IMG/VR virus record: IMGVR_UViG_3300031885_000014
Span: 1 to 60,632 of that record
Reading direction: 5' to 3' (one strand)
Source: a virus
Lineage: Duplodnaviria; Caudoviricetes
Length of the DNA: 60,632 bases
Shown here: in pieces, positions 1-7,227 of the stretch
Position numbering within the stretch: position 1 is the first letter of the stretch
How the letters are laid out: each line of letters opens with the position of its first letter
Notes under the pieces: model-generated
Databases searched by the model: none
What the model saw: only the letters and a program-made list of their open reading frames with translations
What the model was told of the DNA's origin: nothing
Made by a program: the position numbers and the translations under genes

Positions 1-39
1 GACAGCGTGTGGGACAGCGTGTGGGCCAGCGTGTGGGCC
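1..39 (+). repeat. 12-bp coding tandem repeat G(A/C)CAGCGTGTGG
   Basis: gacagcgtgtgg gacagcgtgtgg gccagcgtgtgg gcc. Confidence 0.9.
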
Positions 40-249
40 TACATCGGCTCGCTTTTGCCTAACATTGCGACTTGGCAATACGTCAAACACGAACCGGGCC
101 TCTACCCATTCCAGCCTGCCGTCAATCTCTGGCACATCGGTCTTGTCCCCTCCTTCGACGGCAAGACATGGCGACTGCACGGTGGGTCAGAGGGAAAGGT
201 TCTTGGCAAGCGCGAAGCCAAGGCGCTGGTGAGGGAGGCGATCGGGTGA
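1..249 (+). CDS. 3' part of the tetrapeptide-repeat protein that begins at 60191 (gene spans the contig junction)
   Basis: Frame from nt 1 reads DSVWDSVWASVWAYIG..., continuing the (D/A)SV(R/G/W) repeat of the ORF that runs off the 3' end. Confidence 0.8.
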   Translation, partial: DSVWDSVWASVWAYIGSLLPNIATWQYVKHEPGLYPFQPAVNLWHIGLVPSFDGKTWRLHGGSEGKVLGKREAKALVREAIG

Positions 250-253
250 GGCG

Positions 254-523
254 ATGACCTACTCGAACCCAACCTCCGCCGACCTACGCTGCAATATCTG
301 TCGCAAGGTGGCGGCCACCCATCCCCGCTGCGCCGAGTGCGGGATCTTCGTCGGCCCCGGCCACAGTGATACCGCCCTGGTGGATGGTAGCCGCTGTTTC
401 ACATGCCGGCGATTGCGGGACAGGTGGGAGGCAGCGGAAGCGAGGATACGAGAGGCCGAAGCGGGGGCGCGAGAGGTCCGGGACATCGGCGTGCGATGGC
501 AGGGAGGCGTTCGCAGTGGCTAA
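254..523 (+). CDS. small Cys-rich (zinc-finger-like) hypothetical protein
   Basis: Three CxxC pairs; GAGG upstream of ATG. Confidence 0.65.
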   Translation: MTYSNPTSADLRCNICRKVAATHPRCAECGIFVGPGHSDTALVDGSRCFTCRRLRDRWEAAEARIREAEAGAREVRDIGVRWQGGVRSG

Positions 524-1310
524 GTGGCGCGCACTGCATGAGAGCATAGGGCGATCCCGTGGCCTTCGGGGAATGAGTCACCATGACGCCCTACTCTACA
601 CCTGGGGCCTGGCAAGCACCGATAACTGGGGCCTTCTGCGCTGCGATCATGTGAAGGCGCTGGTCTTCCCCTACCGTTCGACCGCAAAGGGCGTCGATGC
701 CGCGGTCGAACGGCTAGTCACCAACGGCAAACTCTGCCGACAGCAACACAACGGTCACGAGTACGTCCACTGGTGCTACTTCGAGGACTGGCAGGATGTG
801 AGGAAGCGGATGGGCAGTCCGATCTTCACCTTTACGTGTCATAACGACGGCCAGATACGAACCGGCGGCGGTTCCGGTAAGGCGGCGGAAGCTACCGGCG
901 GTTCCGCCATACAGTACAGTACAGTAAAAGATAATAACAAGACACCGGCCCCCCCTACCCCCCCAGCGGCGCAGCCACCATCAGACTTCATCAACGCCGT
1001 GATGGCCCAGTGGCCCCTCGGTGGCGGGGCTTTCTATGGGCGCTATCTTCGGCTTGAAGAAGAGTACGGCGCCGACTTCATGTGGGATGTCTGGCTGACA
1101 GCACTTGATAGCGGCAAGCCCGCACCGCCAGCCAACTACCTTGAGGCCATAGCCCGGAACGCCGTCGCCGAAGGCCGTAGGCCCGGCGAACGCAAGGAGG
1201 AAAGAGATGCCGAACCGAGGGACAACAGGCCAACGGAGATCGACGGCCTCCGAGTCATCGGGTGGGTCGCCGGCCTCCCAATTCTCGATGCCCCCGCCAA
1301 AGCCCCATGA
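516..1310 (+). CDS. phage replication initiator / replisome organizer with DnaD-like C-terminus
   Basis: GTG at 516 after GGGAGG. N-terminus MAKWRAL..LLYTWGL..DNWG..VKALVFP resembles phage initiators; low-complexity linker; C-terminal PANYLEAIARN. Confidence 0.65.
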   Translation: MAKWRALHESIGRSRGLRGMSHHDALLYTWGLASTDNWGLLRCDHVKALVFPYRSTAKGVDAAVERLVTNGKLCRQQHNGHEYVHWCYFEDWQDVRKRMGSPIFTFTCHNDGQIRTGGGSGKAAEATGGSAIQYSTVKDNNKTPAPPTPPAAQPPSDFINAVMAQWPLGGGAFYGRYLRLEEEYGADFMWDVWLTALDSGKPAPPANYLEAIARNAVAEGRRPGERKEERDAEPRDNRPTEIDGLRVIGWVAGLPILDAPAKAP

Positions 1311-1314
1311 CGCG

Positions 1315-1743
1315 ATGGCGGTCCTGTACTTCGGCGCGTCCCACGTCATCGGCGGCATCTACCTGCTGCCCGACGGCGAGGAATACTGCTGCGCCGACGG
1401 GTCGCTCTACGGCCAGGATCCGGTCGATGAGTATCACGGCGTCTGGACGTGCTGGCGATGCGGCGGCGTCGGTGTGGTGAAGATGTACCGAGGTCACGGC
1501 TACGGCCTGGTCCAGTGTGGCGAATGCCGGGGCGGGCGAACGAGCGGGGTGATGCCGGAGCTCCGCCCCCCCCACATTCACGACTGGCAACCGTCTGAGG
1601 ACGAGGCGCCGGCGCGGTTCGAGCCACAGCGCTGCGAGTGCGGCGCCCTCTGGCTGAAGAAGCGGCCGAAGGAATGCCCTGAGACGAGCGTAGCTGGCCT
1701 GGTGCCTGTCGGCACCCTGCTGAAAGGAGGCCCCCATGCCTGA
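1315..1743 (+). CDS. hypothetical protein with DnaJ-type CxxCxGxG zinc motifs
   Basis: CWRCGGVG and CGECRGG; start codon uncertain. Confidence 0.55.
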   Translation: MAVLYFGASHVIGGIYLLPDGEEYCCADGSLYGQDPVDEYHGVWTCWRCGGVGVVKMYRGHGYGLVQCGECRGGRTSGVMPELRPPHIHDWQPSEDEAPARFEPQRCECGALWLKKRPKECPETSVAGLVPVGTLLKGGPHA

Positions 1744-2068
1744 CGCGATCGACGAAGCGCAGGCGGCGCTAGACAAATTGCTGCGCGACAAGACGGTGCT
1801 CGATTTCCCAGCCACGATACGTCATCATTCCCCCCTCGCCGCAGCCGCACGGCGCCCCCGATCAGCTTCAATTGTGGTCGTGGAGCGACAGGCTCTTAAG
1901 GCTGTCGCCGACCGCCTCGCGCTGGCGGTGCTGGACGAGTCTCTCCCCCCAAGCCTGCGTGGGATGCTGCCCCAGGTGACGTGCTGGCAGGAGGCCCTGC
2001 GTGCCCGCCTGGAAGGGGGGGCAACAATGGCTAACTGGATTCGGAAGGAGGCCCGCCATGCTGACTAA
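1736..2068 (+). CDS. hypothetical protein
   Basis: AGGAGG RBS; overlaps neighbours in an operon-like chain. Confidence 0.65.
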   Translation: MPDAIDEAQAALDKLLRDKTVLDFPATIRHHSPLAAAARRPRSASIVVVERQALKAVADRLALAVLDESLPPSLRGMLPQVTCWQEALRARLEGGATMANWIRKEARHAD

Positions 2069-2276
2069 GGCGGAGCGGGAGGCGATACGCCAGAAGGCGG
2101 AGGGGTATCAAGCCTGGACACAATACCGGGAGCTCCTTGCCCTCCTCGACGACCTTGACGTGAAGGACGAGGCGCTGGCCTTCTATGTGAATCAGAATAA
2201 CTGGGACTTCGGCCACCCGACTCCTATTGAAGCTGATCGGGGGCGCCGTGCGGCTGCGGCGAGGGGGGATAAGTGA
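2058..2276 (+). CDS. hypothetical protein
   Basis: AAGGAGG RBS before ATG 2058. Confidence 0.65.
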   Translation: MLTKAEREAIRQKAEGYQAWTQYRELLALLDDLDVKDEALAFYVNQNNWDFGHPTPIEADRGRRAAAARGDK

Positions 2277-2692
2277 TGGTTGCTCGCTACATGCCTTGTG
2301 GACGTCCCTTGACCGTGACGAGGCCTTGGTGTTGTCCCGAACCAGAATGCACTCCAATTCTGAGCAGTTGCCAGCAAGACCCCCAACCCGAGACTGGCGT
2401 TAGTTTCATCTGCTTCGGGTATCTAAAGAAGCCTATCCCTTTCACCTATGCTGGCCGCCCCCACCGAAACGATGTCACAGGCTGCTGGTACTCGCCGCTG
2501 AAGGGGATGATCCGCTGGCAGGAGACTGTTGAGGACTGGTGGCGAACCGTTGAGGACTATCAAGAAGCGATGCGTCGGCTGCCCCTTACGGTGATAGCGC
2601 GATGTGGGCGGGAAACCCGTGACTTCGTGTTGTCCTTGCGTCCGGCTGAAGTCGACGAGTCTGAGGCTGCGGAGCCGGAAGGAGGCGAGTGA
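2273..2692 (+). CDS. hypothetical Cys-rich protein
   Basis: ORF coupled to both neighbours. Confidence 0.55.
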   Translation: MMVARYMPCGRPLTVTRPWCCPEPECTPILSSCQQDPQPETGVSFICFGYLKKPIPFTYAGRPHRNDVTGCWYSPLKGMIRWQETVEDWWRTVEDYQEAMRRLPLTVIARCGRETRDFVLSLRPAEVDESEAAEPEGGE

Positions 2693-2910
2693 TGGACATC
2701 GGCATGAAGGTTAAGGTGCTCTATTCGCCCTTCTCCCAGGTCAAAAAGGGAGAAGTCGGGGAGATCGTGTCGGTCAAGCGTCCAAACGGGCGAACGGAGC
2801 TGGCTGAGGTTCGGTTCAAAAATGAACTGACCTGGCACTTCTGGCCTAACGAGTTGGAGGTGCTGCCGCCCGAAGAGGGCGGGGAAGGAGTAAACGATGG
2901 AAATAGGTAA
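2689..2910 (+). CDS. small SH3/KOW-like hypothetical protein
   Basis: IGMKVKV...GEVGEIVSV...VRF...WHFWPNELEVL pattern; GGAGG RBS. Confidence 0.6.
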   Translation: MMDIGMKVKVLYSPFSQVKKGEVGEIVSVKRPNGRTELAEVRFKNELTWHFWPNELEVLPPEEGGEGVNDGNR

Positions 2911-3097
2911 AGTCGCACGGCGCTGTGCCGTCATCTGGCAGGGGGAGACTGGCGGCTACATGATCGAGGTAGGTCGGTACACCGCCATTGGCATCGCTGT
3001 TGACGTGCATAAGTTGGTCTTCCCTGACTGGCCGAGTGCTGGCATGGCCCTGATTGACTTCTTCGAGCCGCCCGCTGAGGGCGAGGAAAGGACGTGA
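2897..3097 (+). CDS. hypothetical protein
   Basis: AAGGAG RBS; resembles the next ORF (GGY.I/L....L.(F/V)PDW..A..AL.D.F). Confidence 0.6.
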   Translation: MEIGKVARRCAVIWQGETGGYMIEVGRYTAIGIAVDVHKLVFPDWPSAGMALIDFFEPPAEGEERT

Positions 3098-3315
3098 GTG
3101 AGATGGCTGAAATCGCCAAGGCCGAGATCAGGGTTTACCCTGGCGGGTATCTGTTAGACCTGCCGTCTCGCGGCCAAGACGGGAAATATGGCCCGTTTCG
3201 GTGCGAACTTATTGTCCCCGATTGGGCTGAGGCTATCGGAGCCCTGTCGGACGTGTTCGCCCCCAGGGTCACTGATAAAGGATACCAACAGCCTATGGCA
3301 AGGAAGGTACGCTGA
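3094..3315 (+). CDS. hypothetical protein, apparent paralog of 2897-3097
   Basis: GTGA overlap; shared GGY / PDW / AL.D.F pattern. Confidence 0.6.
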   Translation: MSEMAEIAKAEIRVYPGGYLLDLPSRGQDGKYGPFRCELIVPDWAEAIGALSDVFAPRVTDKGYQQPMARKVR

Positions 3316-4160
3316 ATTGCCCATCCCCCAGGCTGGCACTACTGGTACTACTAGCCGCGACCAGCTTGGGGCTTGCATGTGGAAAGGATGCTTATGAACC
3401 TACAAGAACTTCTATTCCTGCTGCGGTTGCGCCGACCCTGCAAGCATCTGCGGAGAGCCGAGTTGACGCCGCCGCACTATGGCTGGTACTGCCTGGACTG
3501 CCCAGTGATAGGGTTTGTGGAGGTGCGGTAGATGGAAGACTTCTTTTGCAGCTTTTGCAAGACTTGGACCTATCGGTGTCAGCACATGGCAGCTCGATGC
3601 AGCGAGGCAGTGCGGAATCCAGCTTCCTCTTCACTCCCGCCGACGCCTGGTGCGGAGACCAAACTGTGTCGCTGCGGCAGGCCATATTGGCACCCAGGGG
3701 AGTGCTACCCGAGGATGACCCCCGCTGGTGCAGACGGGAAGGTGAGTCCGCATTGGTGGCGACGCCTGAATCAGCTGGAAGGCCGCCTGCAAGCCCTGGC
3801 GGAACAGGTACAATACCTGACACCGCCTGGGCAGGCAGGGCGACCCACTACGGAGGAGGAGCCGCCTGGGGAGATGCCATCGATTATAACCAGGGATGGC
3901 TTGGTTGTGCTCTTTACCTGGACGCCGACGGGGACAATCTGTATGACTCTGGAGACCCGACGATCGCCGCCACTGGCCCCGACAGTCCCTGGGGATGCGG
4001 AGATCGCCTCGTCCTCTGCGGACCCGTAGGGTGCCAGGGGGTGATCGTGCAAGATCAGTGTCCAGGGTGTAACCCTACGGTTCTGGATTTGTCCGAACTC
4101 GCCCACCGGCGGGTCTGTGGGTACGGGACATGTGAGGTAACGATTGCAGCAGCCCCTTGA
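3312..4160 (+). CDS. putative lipoprotein with C-terminal RlpA/expansin-like double-psi beta-barrel domain
   Basis: Extending ORF 3366 upstream to CTG 3312 (AGGAAGG RBS, CTGA overlap) adds signal RLALLVLLAATSLGLA|C. C-terminus GRATHY...CGDRLVL...VIVQDQCPGC...LDLSE fits the DPBB pattern. Confidence 0.65.
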   Translation: MNCPSPRLALLVLLAATSLGLACGKDAYEPTRTSIPAAVAPTLQASAESRVDAAALWLVLPGLPSDRVCGGAVDGRLLLQLLQDLDLSVSAHGSSMQRGSAESSFLFTPADAWCGDQTVSLRQAILAPRGVLPEDDPRWCRREGESALVATPESAGRPPASPGGTGTIPDTAWAGRATHYGGGAAWGDAIDYNQGWLGCALYLDADGDNLYDSGDPTIAATGPDSPWGCGDRLVLCGPVGCQGVIVQDQCPGCNPTVLDLSELAHRRVCGYGTCEVTIAAAP

Positions 4161-4395
4161 CCCCCTCGCCCTTGACGCCGAGTGCCACCGTCCCATCCCA
4201 GCGGCCCGGCGCGTGCAGGTCGAGGTCTCCTGGTGTGAGGGGCCGGACTGGGCCTATCGGAGGAAGGCACCCGATCAGATGACGGACAATGAACTCTTCG
4301 ATGTCCTGGAGAGGCTGGCGGACGAGGCCGGTCGGCGCGCAAAGGGACCGCTGAACGTGGCAAGACTGTTGGCGAGGTGGGACCGGACGGCGTGA
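4144..4395 (+). CDS. hypothetical protein
   Basis: GAGGT RBS before TTG; coupled to next gene. Confidence 0.5.
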   Translation: MQQPLDPLALDAECHRPIPAARRVQVEVSWCEGPDWAYRRKAPDQMTDNELFDVLERLADEAGRRAKGPLNVARLLARWDRTA

Positions 4396-4697
4396 AATAC
4401 GAACGCAAAGGTGAGTGTACCCACTGTGGTGATTGCTGTCGGTACTTCTTCCTACCGTGGCCGGATGACGAAATCACGGCGGATGATGCCCGCTGGTTGA
4501 GTCTCCACGGCCTAAAGGGCGATGGACAACGGCGAAATGTTGAGCTTCCTATCCCCTGCCAAGCCCTTACAAAACACAACCTCTGCGCCATCTATGAGGA
4601 CCGACCGGCCATCTGTCAGGACTGGCCGGTCTCGCCAGAAGACCTAGAGGACTTTCCGAATTGCACGTTCACCTTCGGGGAGGCGCGAAGTGCCTGA
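4392..4697 (+). CDS. YkgJ-family CxxCxxCC cysteine-cluster protein
   Basis: CTHCGDCC...PCQAL...LCAIYEDRPAICQDWP. Confidence 0.85.
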   Translation: MKYERKGECTHCGDCCRYFFLPWPDDEITADDARWLSLHGLKGDGQRRNVELPIPCQALTKHNLCAIYEDRPAICQDWPVSPEDLEDFPNCTFTFGEARSA

Positions 4698-5058
4698 CTG
4701 GCACCCGCCGCCTCCGCCTGATGCTGGCGCTAGTTACCTTGGGGTCTATGGCTTCATGCCCTGGACGCTCTGGATCATGCGACATGCGCCGGAACTGGTC
4801 GCCCTCACGCCGAAGAAGTTGCGGCAGATGGTCGCGCCGCTGTGCCCGGAAGGTCACTGGCCGAGCAAGCCCCATCGCATGATGCTCCGGCCCGGCGGCT
4901 GGGTCTGCTATCGCCACCCCAAGTGGACAGAGGACGGGCCGGTCGAGTGCCCGGTGCGCCTGCCGTTCGAGCCGCAGTTTGAGCGCGCCCCCGACATCGA
5001 CGTCCTCTCGCGGGTCAACGACGTGCTGGACGTGGTCTACGAGGAAGGCGAGTGGTAA
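4690..5058 (+). CDS. hypothetical protein
   Basis: GGGAGG RBS; codon usage typical of the genome. Confidence 0.6.
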   Translation: MPDWHPPPPPDAGASYLGVYGFMPWTLWIMRHAPELVALTPKKLRQMVAPLCPEGHWPSKPHRMMLRPGGWVCYRHPKWTEDGPVECPVRLPFEPQFERAPDIDVLSRVNDVLDVVYEEGEW

Positions 5059-5990
5059 GTGAGAGAATTGGCACTATGACCCGCCCACTCTGGGCTCCTA
5101 GCCTCCCCATTCTCGTCGTCGGCGATTTCTGCACCGACGTGCTCCTGCGGGCGAATGCTAGTCGCTTGTCCCGCGAGCACCCAGTCCCCGTACTGGATCT
5201 GGAGGACATCGTTCACCAGACCGGCTGCGCTGGCAACATCGTGCGTCAACTGGCGGCATACGGCGTGGAGACGCGCCTGGTCACACTCGCCCATGCCATC
5301 AAACTCCGCGGCCTCTGCGGGGTACCGGAGCACGAAGCCTTCCGCCTCGACGGTCCCTGGGAGACGGAGTCGGACCGAGTCAGAGCGCAACGGTTCGAGG
5401 CTCTGGCGCACACCTCCTTTGCGGCCGCCATCTATGCCGACTACCGGGGGGTGCGTGGGCCCGTGCCGGATGAGCGGGCCTTTCTTATGGCGCTAGGGTG
5501 CCCCCTAATCGCGGACGCTCGCCACTCACTCGGCGGCTGGCGGGGCTTTGCGGTCGTGAAGGCGAACAGTGGAGAGGTGGGGGTAAGCCTGGAGGCTTCT
5601 GGCCGCCTAGCGCACGCACAGCGGCGCCTCGCCGAGGGGCAGTACCTCATCCTGACATCTGGAGCGCGGGGCCATGCCTTGGTGGCGAGGGATAGGGTTG
5701 AGTACTTCCCGGCTGTGGACCTACCTGGCCCCGTCCTGAACACGAGCGGCGCCGGTGACGTCTTCACGGCGACACTGGCGGTTCTCTTGGCCGCTGACTG
5801 GGAGCGGTGTGGCAACAACCCCAGCGCCGAACTTGTCCATGAAGCATCGAAGACGGCCGCCCTGGCCGCCGGCCTGCGGATTCGCAAGCCGGGCTACAAT
5901 GAGGCCGTCACGTGGGAGGAGATAGAGGGATGCGGAAGGCTAGCGCCCCGCTGCAAATCCGCTACGTTGACCCCGCAAGCCTCAAGCTGA
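5052..5990 (+). CDS. PfkB-family sugar kinase, HldE/RfaE heptose-7-phosphate kinase-like
   Basis: ILVVGD...RLSREHPVPVL...GCAGN matches the HldE N-terminus; PfkB signature NTSGAGDVF. Confidence 0.8.
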   Translation: MVSERIGTMTRPLWAPSLPILVVGDFCTDVLLRANASRLSREHPVPVLDLEDIVHQTGCAGNIVRQLAAYGVETRLVTLAHAIKLRGLCGVPEHEAFRLDGPWETESDRVRAQRFEALAHTSFAAAIYADYRGVRGPVPDERAFLMALGCPLIADARHSLGGWRGFAVVKANSGEVGVSLEASGRLAHAQRRLAEGQYLILTSGARGHALVARDRVEYFPAVDLPGPVLNTSGAGDVFTATLAVLLAADWERCGNNPSAELVHEASKTAALAAGLRIRKPGYNEAVTWEEIEGCGRLAPRCKSATLTPQASS

Positions 5991-7210
5991 ACGAGCAGAA
6001 CCCGCGCCTGATGCCGCCCGAGGAAATGGCGGCGCTCAAGCGTTCGCTCGCCAAGTGGGGCTTCGTCGATCCCATCATTGTCCGGCGTGAGAACGGTGAG
6101 GTGATCGGCGGGCATCAGCGCATCGCCGCCGCTGCTGAACTCGGCATAGCGACCGTGCCAGTGGTGGACGTCGATGTCTCTGAGATAGACGCACTCCTCC
6201 TGAACGTGGCCCTGAATCGCATAGCGGGCCGGTGGGACGAGGGCAAACTGGCGCTGGTGACGGAGGGGCTGCGGCTGGAGGGGGCAGACCTGAGCCTGAC
6301 GGGGTTCACCGAGGGGGAGCTGCGGCTCTACCTCCAGCCCAAGCCCGGCCTGACCGATCCCGACGCCATGCCGGAGGTGCCGGAGCCCGTCTCGAAGACG
6401 GGCGACCTCTGGCTCTGCGGCGATCACCGGCTGCTGTGCGGCGACGCGACGAAGGCGGAGGATGTCGAGCGGCTGATGGCGGGGGAGAAGGCGGAACTCC
6501 TCTGGACTGACCCGCCCTATGGCGTCGGCGTAGGTGACAAGAATAAATGGCTCAACTCGATTGCTCGGAGCAATCGAGTTGAGGAGAACCTGGCAAATGA
6601 CACCTTGGATGAACCGGCCCTCGTGGCGATGCTGGGTGCTGCCTTCGATCTGGCTATCCCCTCGTGCACCGCCGGGGCCGCGTGGTATGTAGCGGCCCCG
6701 GCGGTGCCGCTACATGTGCTTTTCGGGCTTGCACTCAAGGAGCGCGGCATCTGGCGGCAGACACTTCAGTGGGTCAAGAACAATGCGACCTTCGCGCCGA
6801 TGGGCGTGGACTATCATTGGCAGGCGGAGCCGATCTTCTATGGCTGGCTACCGAATGCAGCGCATCGTTATCGCGGTGGCCGCCAACAGACGACCGTCTG
6901 GAATATAGACCGACCAACGAAGTCGCCTGAGCATCCCACCATGAAGCCCGTCGAGTTGGTGGAGCGAGCTGTGGCGAACTCGTCAGACCCTGGCCACATC
7001 GTCCTCGACCCCTTCCTCGGCTCCGGCACCACCATGATCGCCTGTGAGCGTTTGGGCCGGCGGTGCCACGGCATGGAGATCGAGCCGCGATATGTGGACG
7101 TGGCCGTGAAGCGCTGGGAGCAGTTCACAGGCCGGGAGGCGCAGCTAGAGCCGATTTCGCAGCCAAACGCCGCGCTTGCCCGCAAGCGCGCGAGGCCGAA
7201 CCTAGCGTAG
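5930..7210 (+). CDS. ParB-N domain fused to N4/N6 DNA methyltransferase
   Basis: NPR...GFVDPII...GGHQR (ParBc); TDPPY; HPTMKPVEL; VLDPFLGSGTT. Confidence 0.9.
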   Translation: MRKASAPLQIRYVDPASLKLNEQNPRLMPPEEMAALKRSLAKWGFVDPIIVRRENGEVIGGHQRIAAAAELGIATVPVVDVDVSEIDALLLNVALNRIAGRWDEGKLALVTEGLRLEGADLSLTGFTEGELRLYLQPKPGLTDPDAMPEVPEPVSKTGDLWLCGDHRLLCGDATKAEDVERLMAGEKAELLWTDPPYGVGVGDKNKWLNSIARSNRVEENLANDTLDEPALVAMLGAAFDLAIPSCTAGAAWYVAAPAVPLHVLFGLALKERGIWRQTLQWVKNNATFAPMGVDYHWQAEPIFYGWLPNAAHRYRGGRQQTTVWNIDRPTKSPEHPTMKPVELVERAVANSSDPGHIVLDPFLGSGTTMIACERLGRRCHGMEIEPRYVDVAVKRWEQFTGREAQLEPISQPNAALARKRARPNLA

Positions 7211-7227
7211 GAGAGTTGAACTAGACT

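Noticed and set aside
366-515. N-terminal extension of the replication protein
   Set aside because: Overlaps ORF 254-523; RBS and motif support GTG 516
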